DNA from: Fibrobacteria bacterium
GTDB taxonomy: Bacteria > Fibrobacterota > Fibrobacteria > UBA11236
Direction of reading: 5' to 3'
Length of the DNA stretch: 52,193 nucleotides
NCBI GenBank assembly: GCA_039926685.1
Contig: JBDSWM010000403.1
Span: 1-52,193 of the forward strand
The position numbers and the translations under genes were made by a program. The notes under the pieces are model-generated. The model saw only the letters and a program-made list of their open reading frames with translations. It searched no databases and was not told the origin of the DNA. This document shows, piece by piece, positions 38,532 through 48,795 of the stretch (position 1 is its first letter; every line of letters starts with the position of its first letter).

Positions 38532-39563
38532 CTACTTGATAAGGATTCTTCTGACTTTCGAATTCGAGGGTCCTGATACCTTGGCGAAATAAAACCCGGG
38601 CTGCAGGCCTTTCAAATCATAGCTTTGGCTGCCCTGGCCATTTTTTGAAAGTACCACGGCTCCGTTCAGGTTCATGACCTTGACGGAATACGGCTTCGCA
38701 TAGCTTACATCCAGACGGTTCAAGGAAAATGCGATGGCGTCACCATCCAATTTCGGCCTGCCTAGAGCGGTCACCACCGGGTCGTATTTCCCGTTCAAGT
38801 ATTGCATCCAGGCCCAGGTGCCCTTCTTCATCCAGTCGCCTACGAAATCAGCGGATCCATGCCCCAAGCAGGTATAGATATACTTGCCGCCTCCGGAAGG
38901 CCATTTCTTAAGCCAGGTGAATTCATGCACGGTCCGCGGCGGAGCTACGGTTTGCATGATGGTAATGCCTTTTTTCCCGCGGGGATACTTGTTCAAGTCA
39001 TAAATTTCGGTCGATGAGGAAATATTCGCCGTCCCCAGGCTGTTATCCTCCCACATTTTCTTGAGGTCCGGATCGGCGTTCAATTCGGGATCCACATTCA
39101 GTGAGAATGTATTGTTGCCATGGCCGACAAAATACGAACCATCGTTCAAGGAATCCGTCCACCAAGGCTAATAGCCCCCATGGAAGGAGTCGGAAGTCGC
39201 ATGATAACCGATGGCCTTTCCGCCGTTCGCGAAAAAGGCCTTAATGATGGCTTGGTCCGCCGTATTGGTGAAAGCCAGGTTCCCGATATTCGCGAAAAGG
39301 ACCACGTCCTGGTCTTTCATTGCGGCCAAGGCGGCTTGCTTCGATGCGGCGGGATCGCCTTTTTTGGTGGTTGTTAGTGTAAATCCCTTTTCGGTGCTCA
39401 AGGCATTCATCATGGATGTGAAAGCCGGAACCGCCTCGATATGCTCAATGGCTGTCCCATCCCCGTAATTGATGACGAGCATCACTTTTTTGATTTCCGC
39501 GGATACCCACCCGCTGCACAAAGTCAAAAAGAACACGGTTGCTAATTTGAATTTAGACTTCAT
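38532..39563 (-). pseudogene. ThuA-like copy 3, in-frame TAG at 39168-39170
   Basis: Reads HGGY*PWWTDSL, versus GYWPWWT in copies 1 and 2. Otherwise intact and in frame. Confidence 0.8.
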
Positions 39564-39647
39564 CGCACCCACCCCATTTTTGAACTGACGCTTCATCGTT
39601 TACTCCCCTTGAATTTTCCTTGATATTCATACCGTTTAATCATTTCG

Positions 39648-41183
39648 TTAGAAGGCAATCTGCGATTTGAACGCGAAATACCACCCGTAGTTATGCTCGA
39701 AAACCGGATTACTCGAAGGGTTTCCGAAAAAGTTGTAAAGCCTCAGGAAGTCATGCGCCACTTTCCCGGTGAAGGTGATGTGGTCATAGAAGGTCTTTTT
39801 CGCCTCGAAATTCCAAAACCATTCTCCGTTTTCATGCGAGTCTCTCGGAGTCGTACTTGGGACAAAACCGCCATTCCCATCAGGGATGGGGCTGCCGTTC
39901 GCATCGCGCGCGGGTTCGAAAAAGCTGCTCTGGCTCTCTTCCCACTGGGGAACCACGAATTCATATACGGTATGGACGTTGTTCTGGAATTTGTTCTTAT
40001 AATGCTCCGCTTCCGCGGTCACTTCGTAGCCGCCCGGAAGGGGAATGTTGGCTCCGATCATGATCGGCATACGCTCGGATTTCTTTTCATAGAAGAACGG
40101 GTAATCTTGTACGCCCAGCAGATTGACTTCCGAATAGAGAGAAACCTTTTTCGCGGCGTCCCCGATGGTAAAAGGAGTTACGGCAATCCGCCCCATGACC
40201 TTGGTGCCTCGGAACGTATAATACTCCAACTGGGAATTTGGGGTGCCATTCTCGGCGGCGGTGTAATATTTGACCGGCAGGCCTTTCGCCGTCAAATCCG
40301 GGCGCGTATTGGGATCCACGGTGCCCGTGGTGAGTCTGGGATCTCCCGGTTGAACGATCAGGGTATCGGTACTCTCAAGGCCCGGCTTGTTCCAATCCGA
40401 CACGGGCAGTCTCTGGCCCGATGTGTTGGATCCAGTGTAGGAGTTGCTGCGCAACTTGGGGGTAACGGCCTTTTCATCCCAAGCAATCAAATGGGAGAAG
40501 ACGGCGCCGGCGCCTATTTCAACCAGCCCTAACAAATTATAGGAGGCCACGATGCCTGGTGAGAGGTCATAGTTCGGTTCCAGGCCGTGTTCGAAAAAAA
40601 GCGTCGCGTCAATCTTCAACGCGTCTTCCAGAAACGAAAAATGCCCCATTGCGCCTTGAGCAGCGTAATCATTGCCATCAATCAGCGTCCAGAAGTTGCC
40701 TGTCAATGTGCCTGGATAGGTCCCTCCCGTGAACAAATAACCGCCCAAGTTCTTGGAGTTGGAATAACCATAGGGGAACGCGCCGGCCTTTATCGTGAGC
40801 CAAGGAGATTTAGGATCTCCCAGTTTATGGGAAATGAAACCATACCCCAGATTGGAACCCAATGATTGCATGCGGGTAAAGGGAGACCCCGTCGTCAGAG
40901 GCAAAGAATTAAAGGTCATCATGGCGAGCAGTACCGAGACTTCGGTCCTGTCTTCTATCGTCGCGTCCATTCCGACCCATCCCCCGAACCGGCTGTAAGG
41001 CTGATTCCTGATCGGCTCTCCCGTGGTCCCGTAAGATTTGGACGTATCACCTCTCGCCTCTATGACGCCTACGTACGAGAAGGCTCCGAAATGGACGGGA
41101 CTTACTTCCACCTTGAAGTCATCCGCGAAATTCAGGGCCACCAAAATCCCAATGCCCGCACAGGTCACACCAATCTTCTTCAT
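39648..41183 (-). CDS. Putative outer-membrane beta-barrel protein of unknown family
   Basis: Signal-like N-terminus, alternating aromatic strands, C-terminal WYFAFKSQIAF (terminal Phe). Confidence 0.65.
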   Translation of the reverse strand: MKKIGVTCAGIGILVALNFADDFKVEVSPVHFGAFSYVGVIEARGDTSKSYGTTGEPIRNQPYSRFGGWVGMDATIEDRTEVSVLLAMMTFNSLPLTTGSPFTRMQSLGSNLGYGFISHKLGDPKSPWLTIKAGAFPYGYSNSKNLGGYLFTGGTYPGTLTGNFWTLIDGNDYAAQGAMGHFSFLEDALKIDATLFFEHGLEPNYDLSPGIVASYNLLGLVEIGAGAVFSHLIAWDEKAVTPKLRSNSYTGSNTSGQRLPVSDWNKPGLESTDTLIVQPGDPRLTTGTVDPNTRPDLTAKGLPVKYYTAAENGTPNSQLEYYTFRGTKVMGRIAVTPFTIGDAAKKVSLYSEVNLLGVQDYPFFYEKKSERMPIMIGANIPLPGGYEVTAEAEHYKNKFQNNVHTVYEFVVPQWEESQSSFFEPARDANGSPIPDGNGGFVPSTTPRDSHENGEWFWNFEAKKTFYDHITFTGKVAHDFLRLYNFFGNPSSNPVFEHNYGWYFAFKSQIAF

Positions 41184-41871
41184 GTATTTCCTTTAACGAT
41201 ATGGATAAACCGATCAGTTGAGCTCGAGCCTACGATCATTTCCAATGATCCAAGCTCTCCCATTTACGCCAACAGGGTGGTGTAGGTAGAAATACGTACC
41301 CTAACCTGTTGACCATTCCAAGACTCCTCGTCCCGAGCCACTCCTATCGATCGGCCATATATAGGCTTACTATAGGCGTTCAGGCTAAATTCTGCATGAC
41401 GTAAATTTTGGCCCTTAGGGTTTTGCGTAATTCAGGACGAAAAATTACATCTAATCATTTTAAATTTACCCTCGGACAACGAATTCGCAGCCGAGCCCGG
41501 CAGGAGAAACGGACAATTCGACCGTTTTTCGGTCCATTTCGAGGAGCGGAAGCGGCAACCACGCACTTCGACCCTTGCAGAGCCACAGAACTTAGGCTTT
41601 TGGTTTCTTGGGTTCGAGTAAAGATGCCGCATAATTAGGTAAAGTTTCCGCACCCGAGTTTAATTTAAAAACGGGAGCTGTTCATGGAATCGGCAATTCC
41701 ATGGGCGATGCGCTCACCCGCGTCAAGGCCGACTCCGCCCCCGGAAAAAATCCAAAAACAGGAACATGGCCGCTGTAATCAGGGCTAGGTTTTGCCATAC
41801 CGGGTAAATTACGCCTAAACAATTTTTTTTAGCCAATCGGATACGAAATTCCAAAATCAGGGGTGCATGGC

Positions 41872-43728
41872 ATGGAAAGCATAATCGGGAAAGCGTTGAT
41901 ATCCATCTGCACCTTGGGTCTGGTCATGTCCACGCATGCCCAGTTGGCACTGACCCCTCCCATGGGCTGGAACAGCTGGAATACCTTTGCGGGCGATATC
42001 GATGAAACCAAAATCAAGCAAACCGCCGATCTCATGGTTTCCAATGGAATGAAAGCCGCGGGATACATCTACGTCAATATCGATGATAACTGGATGTCGC
42101 CCACGCGGGATGGGCAAGGGAATATCCAAGCCGATCCGACGCGGTTCCCCAGCGGAATAAAAGGCATCGCCGATTATGTCCATGCGAAGGGTTTGAAGCT
42201 CGGAGTCTATTCGGATCGCGGCGATAAGACCTGCATGAACATCCCCAACAGCGGAGGGTACGGCCATGAAGCCCAGGACGCCAAGACCTATGCATCCTGG
42301 GGCGTTGATTATCTCAAGTACGATAATTGCAATGCCAAGGGCGAGATCAAGGCCGATTACACGGCCATGTCCAACGGTATCAAGGCTACGGGAGCGAAAA
42401 TCGTTTTTTCCATTTGCGCTTGGCACACCGAAGACTGGATGCCGTTGACCGGCCAGCTCTGGCGTTCGACCGAGGACATCACCAGCACCTGGTATAATGC
42501 CTCCAAGCCGAAGGGCTGGTCCGTGCTCCAGAATTTCGATCAAAATGTCGGCAATTTCATTTTCACCCATCCCGGCGCCTGGGCCGATCCGGATATGCTT
42601 GAAGTGGGCAATAGTCCGCTTAACGATACCGAGAACAAGGCGCATATCGGCCTTTGGGCCTTGGTCGCGGCCCCGCTCATCGCCGGAAACAATTTGACCA
42701 AAATGTCCGCGACCACCTTGGCCACCATGATCCATTCGGAAGTCATCGCCATCGATCAGGATTCGGCGGGAATCCAGGGGCGCCGGATCCAGAAAACCGG
42801 GGACCTCGAGGTTTGGGCCAAGCCCTTGGGGAAGAATTACGACACTTACGCGATTGGGCTTTTCAACCGGTCTTCTTCGACGGCGAACATGACGATAAAA
42901 TGGAGCGACCTTCGCTTGGATCCGGCCACGGTCACGGTACGGGATGTCTGGGAGAAAAAGGATCTCGGTGTGACGAAGGATGGTTATTCGTCGCAGGTTC
43001 CTTCCCATGGCTTAACCCTGATCAAGGTCACGGGCAAGCAGGATCTTACCGCTTCCTGGTGGCTATCCGACCTGCATTTTACCTCTCTCGAAAACGCGGT
43101 GAGGTTCGTCAAAGTGGATAGCAGTTCCGGTGGGAAAGCCATGCGGATTGGAACCAAGACCTATACAAAAGGCCTGGGTGCGCACGCGGCCTCCCGCATC
43201 GTCGCCCCCTTGAACAGGAATTTCGATAAATTCCAGGCCGATGTCGGTATCGATGCGGAAATCACCTCGGGCGGAAGCGCCATCTTTCAAGTGTTCGGCG
43301 ACGGCAAGAAACTTTTCGAGAGCCCGGCCTGCAAATCCGGATCCGCGGCCCTTCCCGTCGACGTTTCCGTGAAAGGGGTGGACACCCTGACCTTGGTCGT
43401 AACGGATAATGGCGACGGAACGAGCAACGACAATGCCGATTGGGCGGATGCCAAATTGATCCCTTCGTTCACCCCTGTAGCCATCCGATCCATGGTTGAA
43501 CCCGCCCAGCCGATAATCAAGGTTCAAGGCAAAATGATCAACATCGAGCGCGTGAATGCCGACCCTGCCGAAGTGAAACTGATCGACCCGAATGGAAAGG
43601 TCGTGATGACCGCTTCGATATCGGGATTCCATGCCGGGATCCAAGTGCCGAACCTGGGCCGCGGACTCTACTCGGTCGTTATCCCCGGTGCTTCAAATCG
43701 CGCCTTCCGATTTCTGGTTATGGATTGA
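41872..43728 (+). CDS. GH27 alpha-galactosidase with NPCBM module and CTD
   Basis: TPPMGWNSWN, NIDDNW, YLKYDNC, WRSTEDI, DPDMLEVGN; NPCBM GLGAHA..VGID..ADWADAKL. Confidence 0.93.
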   Translation: MESIIGKALISICTLGLVMSTHAQLALTPPMGWNSWNTFAGDIDETKIKQTADLMVSNGMKAAGYIYVNIDDNWMSPTRDGQGNIQADPTRFPSGIKGIADYVHAKGLKLGVYSDRGDKTCMNIPNSGGYGHEAQDAKTYASWGVDYLKYDNCNAKGEIKADYTAMSNGIKATGAKIVFSICAWHTEDWMPLTGQLWRSTEDITSTWYNASKPKGWSVLQNFDQNVGNFIFTHPGAWADPDMLEVGNSPLNDTENKAHIGLWALVAAPLIAGNNLTKMSATTLATMIHSEVIAIDQDSAGIQGRRIQKTGDLEVWAKPLGKNYDTYAIGLFNRSSSTANMTIKWSDLRLDPATVTVRDVWEKKDLGVTKDGYSSQVPSHGLTLIKVTGKQDLTASWWLSDLHFTSLENAVRFVKVDSSSGGKAMRIGTKTYTKGLGAHAASRIVAPLNRNFDKFQADVGIDAEITSGGSAIFQVFGDGKKLFESPACKSGSAALPVDVSVKGVDTLTLVVTDNGDGTSNDNADWADAKLIPSFTPVAIRSMVEPAQPIIKVQGKMINIERVNADPAEVKLIDPNGKVVMTASISGFHAGIQVPNLGRGLYSVVIPGASNRAFRFLVMD

Positions 43729-44772
43729 TTTATCCAGGCGTGAATACGGGGCGCTCGTTCGCGAACGCCCGCCGCTTTTCACCGTGATGACATGCAACTG
43801 CATGCTGGTCGCCTATTGCGGCGTGGTGATGGTGACCGTACTGTACGCCGGCGCCATCGCCCTGCAGGCCATGTTCGGCCTGGACCCCGCCTACGGCGTA
43901 TGGATCGTGGGGCTTCGCTCCGGGCTGTATACCGCGTTCGGAGGGCTCAAGGCCGTGGCCTATTCCGACCTGCTGCATGGCGGCGCCAGTTCATCACCCA
44001 GCGCGCCCTGGCCGCCAAGACCCTGGCCCAGGGCCAGTTGGGCGTCCTGTTCGCGGCCTTGCAGAAGATCTTCATCCCTTTCATCATAGTCCTGCCGGGC
44101 ATTATAGCCTATGATCTGTTCCGGGATAGGATCCGGAACGGCGATTTGGCCTATCCCACCCTCATAGGTGAAATCATCCCTATGGGCCTCAGAGGCCTGC
44201 TCCTGGCCGCCCTGTCCGGAGCCATCATGAGCGCCTTGGCGGCCATCCTCAACTCCGCCTCGACCATCTTCACTTTGGATTTCTACAAGCGCTTCATCAA
44301 CCCCGATGCGGGAGATAAGAAGGAGGTTTTCGTCGGACGCGTTTCCACCGTCCTCTTCGCCGTCATCGCCTGCCTGCTCGCCCCCCTGCCGGGACGTTTC
44401 CACGGGGTGTTCAATTATGTCCAGGAACTGTGGGGCTGCTTTTCGCCCGGCATCACGGCGGCCTTCCTGTTCGGCCTGGTCTTCCGTCGCGCCCCCACCG
44501 CCGCGGCCATGACGGCCTTGATAGGCGGGGTGTTCATCTATCTTTTCCAACGGTGGATGTTCCCCAACGTGGCCTTTCTGAACCACATGGCGATCACCTT
44601 CGTGATCCTGCTGCTATTGATGGGGATGGTCACGGCCATCATGCCCCTGAAGGAGCCTGTGCGGCTTGATCGCCGGGAAGGCGCCATCGATCTGCGCTCC
44701 AGCCCTTTGGCGAAAGTTCTGGGAGTCATCGTGCTGGCGCTCGTGGCCGCGATTTACGTCGTATTGCGCTGA
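43729..44772 (+). pseudogene. Sodium:solute symporter (SGLT-like) remnant
   Basis: No N-terminus. VLYAGA..YTAFGGLKAVAYSDLLHG joins out of frame near 43987 to QFITQRALAA..AIMSALAAILNSASTIFTLDFY; C-terminus intact. Confidence 0.8.
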
Positions 44773-44822
44773 GGTCCGCATTGCTTCGGGCGCGTTCCGG
44801 GTGTTTGCGAAGGAGGTTCACA

Positions 44823-46415
44823 ATGGCGCGGAAATCCCGCCGTATGGTATTCCTGGGCCTAATAGGCCTGGCATTCTCCCAGGCCACGGCCCAGGGGGAG
44901 GTTTCCGGCATCGTGCGGGACAGCCGCACTTCCCAGCCGATTTCCGGCGCCGCGGTCAGGTTGCTGGGGCTCGGGCTCAGCGCCAGCACGGATACCGGCG
45001 GGCGTTTCACCCTGACCGCCGCGTCAGGGTTGGGAAAGCCGCTCCTTAAGGGTGGGCCCCTCGCCGGAGCCAGGTCCGGATCCATCCTGTACCGTCAAGA
45101 GTCCGATGGTCCCATCCACATCCGTGTGCTCGACCTTTGGGGCAGGCAGCGGGCCGTGGTTTTTTCCGGGCCGCTGGCGCGCGGGGATTGGAATATTTCC
45201 CTCCCTGTTCTTCCGCCGGGAACATACCTATGCGACTTCGCGACCCCACAAGGGCGGCGGCGGATCCGGTTCCTGGCCTCGCTGGGAATGGAGGCCGCGC
45301 CCCATCGGGAAGGGAAGAGCCCGGTTTCCCGCATCCCTCCATCGCCGGGCGGGGCGGCGAAAGCTTCCGCTGCACCGGTGGACTCCTTGCGGATCAGCAA
45401 AAACGGCTACCGGCCGGCCCAAGTGCCCATTGCCGGTTTCCCGCAAAAGGGAATGGACATTTCGCTCGAGGACTCCGCCGTAGTGGACCTGGATGCGGCG
45501 ACCCTGATTCCCGATCCTTCCTGGACCTGCTATCGGCCCGAGGGCATTCCGCCGCCCTCGCTGGGAGAAGCCGCGTTCACCCTCACGTTTCAGATCGGCG
45601 CCATCCGCGAAGTGGGGCTCACCAAATTCGGCCGTCGCCGGCAATTCGACATCCAGGGCGGCGCCATAAAGGGGAGCCGCATAGACGGCACGGTGCTGAT
45701 CGGTGGGTTGGACTATGAACTGACGCTTTCCAACGGATCGACCGAAGTGGAGCAGATCGGCATTCTCCGCGCCGACAACGTTCCCATCCTGATGCGGAAT
45801 GCGGGAGCGGCGCCGCCGGGAGCGAAGAACGCGAGGGTGGTGCTGGATTTCGAAGCGCCGAACTCCAGCGCTTTCGCGTGGCTCAACACCGGGAGATTCG
45901 CCGCGACACGGATCGTGGATACCGCGGCGAAAACCATCCGGCTAGAGGTATTCGACATTTCCAAAACGGCGCCGCCCGCCGCGCGCATAACCCTCAAAGA
46001 TCCCGGGGACGCGCCCAACCAGACCTGGGATTGCTTCACCCTGACGGGAGGGCAAGGCGCAAGCGTGTTCACCGAGAATGTGACATTGGGAACATCCATC
46101 TCCATAGGCGCCAGCAAACGCGGAAGCCGCAATATCATTCCCATCACAGGAGGCACCACCACCGGCAAGGTCAAGGGCAAGATCCTCCCCGGAGGAGCGG
46201 ATTACCAGCTTACGGGCCTGGACGCCCGTTATACCCTGGCGCCGGACGATGGGGAGCTTATCATCGTCAGGAATTGCGGAACGGGCGGACTGGTTCCCGT
46301 TTTCGAGGCGCGCGTGGACGGACCCTACGCGTTTTTGAACGAGAACAAATACCTTAGTTCCGCCCCCGGCACGGGAAGCGGCGGCGTCTCCATCACCTTT
46401 TATGAAAAGAAATAA
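44823..46415 (+). CDS. Secreted tandem DUF3237 protein with N-terminal carboxypeptidase-regulatory-like domain
   Basis: RBS AGGAGG; signal peptide; GIVRDSRTSQPISGAAV..TDTGGRF; two GxRxxxxIxGG..G..LxGGxDY repeats. Confidence 0.75.
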   Translation: MARKSRRMVFLGLIGLAFSQATAQGEVSGIVRDSRTSQPISGAAVRLLGLGLSASTDTGGRFTLTAASGLGKPLLKGGPLAGARSGSILYRQESDGPIHIRVLDLWGRQRAVVFSGPLARGDWNISLPVLPPGTYLCDFATPQGRRRIRFLASLGMEAAPHREGKSPVSRIPPSPGGAAKASAAPVDSLRISKNGYRPAQVPIAGFPQKGMDISLEDSAVVDLDAATLIPDPSWTCYRPEGIPPPSLGEAAFTLTFQIGAIREVGLTKFGRRRQFDIQGGAIKGSRIDGTVLIGGLDYELTLSNGSTEVEQIGILRADNVPILMRNAGAAPPGAKNARVVLDFEAPNSSAFAWLNTGRFAATRIVDTAAKTIRLEVFDISKTAPPAARITLKDPGDAPNQTWDCFTLTGGQGASVFTENVTLGTSISIGASKRGSRNIIPITGGTTTGKVKGKILPGGADYQLTGLDARYTLAPDDGELIIVRNCGTGGLVPVFEARVDGPYAFLNENKYLSSAPGTGSGGVSITFYEKK

Positions 46416-46416
46416 A

Positions 46417-46460
46417 CCCGCCGTCGGACGCGAAATCCCGCCCTGACAAAGGACGGCGGG
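46417..46460. terminator. Inverted repeat after the DUF3237 gene
   Basis: CCCGCCGTC (46417-25) pairs with GACGGCGGG (46452-60). Confidence 0.4.
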
Positions 46461-46605
46461 ATAGATTCGACCTCGATTTGTTCTTTTTTCCCCCAGAATC
46501 ATGATTACTTCCGTGACCGGGTGTTTTTTACCACCGCCACTGAAAGCCAGGCTATACCTTCACTCCCACAAACCAAGCACGAACCCAGTATAAGGGAGGT
46601 AGAGC

Positions 46606-47550
46606 ATGGCTGAATATCGCATACTCGCGCTCGCGGCCCTCTTTTGCGCCTACGGGACCATCCGGGCCCAGACCAAACCCAAAGCGAATGACATGGTCAT
46701 CAACGGCGAATCCTTTTTCGAATTGTCGAACATCAAGGACGAACTGACGCGCTTGGCCCGGGCGGACGGCTATATCGGCGCCTCGGAGAGCTTCCGGCAA
46801 ATCGCCAAGTCCGGCGCCGTCATGACCGGGATCCTGAACCAGTTCAAGAGTTGCACGCCCAAGCCGATTTTCGTGATCAGCGACGGGGGCGGTAATGACA
46901 TCATGAATGCCTGCACTCCCGCCGATGCGACTTGTCCGTCCATCAAGAACGCTTTGGCCACGGTGAAGCTGTATTTCGACGAGATGAAGACCAGCGGCGT
47001 AAAGAAGGTCATGTGGATGCGCTATCCGGATCCGCAGGGTAACAACTACGTCAACCTGAAGAAGAACCAGGACATTTACAATCCCGAGGTCGAGAAGATC
47101 TGCAAAGCCAGCCTGGAACCGAAATGCCAATGGATCGATTTGCGCCCGACTTGGGAAGGGCATTACGCCCAATATACCACGGACGGAATCCACCCGACCC
47201 CGGCGGGCGGCACGGCCACGGCGGAGGCCTTCTGGAAGGAGATCAAGGCCACCGACTTTTTCTCCCTGGCCACCACCGCCGTCGGCTCCCGCGGGAACCG
47301 GGTCGGGCCGGCTTTCCAGGGGCAATTCGTTTCGAACCGGGTACTGTACGTGTCCTTGTCCTCCGATCGCCCGGTTTCGCATACCTTGCGGATGACCTCC
47401 TTGTCGGGCCGCCTCATTTGGCAGGGCGAGGCGCGTAGCGAGGGAAGCGCCACGGCGCAATTCCCATTGGGCGAGGTGGCCCCGGGAATGTACCGCTTGG
47501 AATTAGATTCAGGGCATTCCCGGAGCCTGTCCCTGGTCATGGTGCCATGA
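46606..47550 (+). CDS. Secreted SGNH/GDSL hydrolase with CTD
   Basis: INGES (block I variant), DGGGND, DGIHP; CTD SLSGR..APGMYRL. Confidence 0.85.
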   Translation: MAEYRILALAALFCAYGTIRAQTKPKANDMVINGESFFELSNIKDELTRLARADGYIGASESFRQIAKSGAVMTGILNQFKSCTPKPIFVISDGGGNDIMNACTPADATCPSIKNALATVKLYFDEMKTSGVKKVMWMRYPDPQGNNYVNLKKNQDIYNPEVEKICKASLEPKCQWIDLRPTWEGHYAQYTTDGIHPTPAGGTATAEAFWKEIKATDFFSLATTAVGSRGNRVGPAFQGQFVSNRVLYVSLSSDRPVSHTLRMTSLSGRLIWQGEARSEGSATAQFPLGEVAPGMYRLELDSGHSRSLSLVMVP

Positions 47551-47613
47551 TACGCCGGGCTGGGATGGGGCGGGGATTTGCGTGAGTTGGTCCCGATGAG
47601 GAAAGGATTCGAC

Positions 47614-48606
47614 ATGTCGGTTTTGGTAGCGCGCCTCGGATGCGCGGGTTGGCTGATGGCGGCGTCGGCTATGGCGGTTCCCGTCCTGGCGGCCACGCCC
47701 ATCAAGGTGTTCCTGTTGATCGGTCAGTCCAACATGTCGGGATGGACCAACTCCAGCGGCATGCCGGCGGCGAACACGGCCAGCCAGCCGAACGTCCTCA
47801 TTTACGCCGACGGCGAAATCGATGGCTCCAAGAAGAAGAAATGGCTCAATAACGGCATGGATTTCGGTCATGCCGCCGGTTGGTTCGGCCCGGAATTGAT
47901 GTTCGGCAAAACCCTTTCCGATTCCATGCCCGGCACGAAAATCGCCTTGATAAAACATTCCGTGGGCAGCACGTATCTGGCCACGAATTGGCGGCCGCCC
48001 GCTTCCGGGGGCACCGTCGGGCCCTTGTTCACCGCCTCGTTGGCTACGGTAACCTCGGGCTTGGCGAGTCTGGACGCCCAATACACCCCGCAATGGTCGG
48101 GGATACTCTGGATGCAAGGCGAGTTCGACGGACAGAATCAGGGTTATGCGAACGAATACCAGACCAACCTGGGGAACCTGGTCAAGGATTACCGCTCCAA
48201 GCTGAGCGTCGCCGATCTCCCCTTCATCATCGGCATGATCGATTCCTCCAATTCATGGCAATTCGCCGGCACCATCCGCACCGCGGAGAGGAACGTGGCC
48301 AAGAACCTGACCAATGTCGGCCTCGTGGATACCAAGGGATTCGCCACCGATGGAACGCATTATAAGCTGGACGGGATGATCGCGCTGGGGCGCGGATTCG
48401 CGCTCAATTACCTCACCAAATTCCGGACCCCGGTAACGGCGATATCGCCATCCGTCGCAAAAAGGGCGGACACGCCGGTGTTACGGATGGGCCTGAACGG
48501 TTTTCCCGCTTTGTGCCAGGGATACCGTTGCTTCGCGGCGGACGGGCGCCGGGACGCCGTGTCTCCGCATATTCCGGAAAGGCCCTTGCAAGCAACCTAC
48601 CCGTAG
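47614..48606 (+). CDS. CE6/SASA-type acetylesterase, secreted
   Basis: FLLIGQSNM, FGPELMFG, ILWMQGEFD, DGTHY. Confidence 0.88.
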   Translation: MSVLVARLGCAGWLMAASAMAVPVLAATPIKVFLLIGQSNMSGWTNSSGMPAANTASQPNVLIYADGEIDGSKKKKWLNNGMDFGHAAGWFGPELMFGKTLSDSMPGTKIALIKHSVGSTYLATNWRPPASGGTVGPLFTASLATVTSGLASLDAQYTPQWSGILWMQGEFDGQNQGYANEYQTNLGNLVKDYRSKLSVADLPFIIGMIDSSNSWQFAGTIRTAERNVAKNLTNVGLVDTKGFATDGTHYKLDGMIALGRGFALNYLTKFRTPVTAISPSVAKRADTPVLRMGLNGFPALCQGYRCFAADGRRDAVSPHIPERPLQATYP

Positions 48607-48795
48607 GTTCGCGAAAACCTTCCCCTCGCGCGCCGTTTTTTAGGCCGCCTTGTAAAAAATATCCTTCATTTTGGGTTTTCTGGTCGCCTCCCGATAGACG
48701 TAAGCAAAGATCCCCCGCCTGAATTCGATACCCGGGTTAAGATGGTTCAGATTGCCTTGGGACGGATCTCGCCCCATTTTATCGGAGGCTCCCTT

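Noticed and set aside
6078-39170. Stop-codon reassignment (TGA or TAG read as Trp), or Sec/Pyl insertion
   Set aside because: The two events use different stops. TGA clearly terminates ccoS, ccoNO and ccoP (ATGA overlaps), TAG terminates the ThuA copies, and TGG is used normally. Both sites are Trp positions, not Cys or Lys.
36180-39563. Diversity-generating retroelement acting on the ThuA copies
   Set aside because: No reverse transcriptase or separate template repeat in the window, and the differences include indels spread through the genes.
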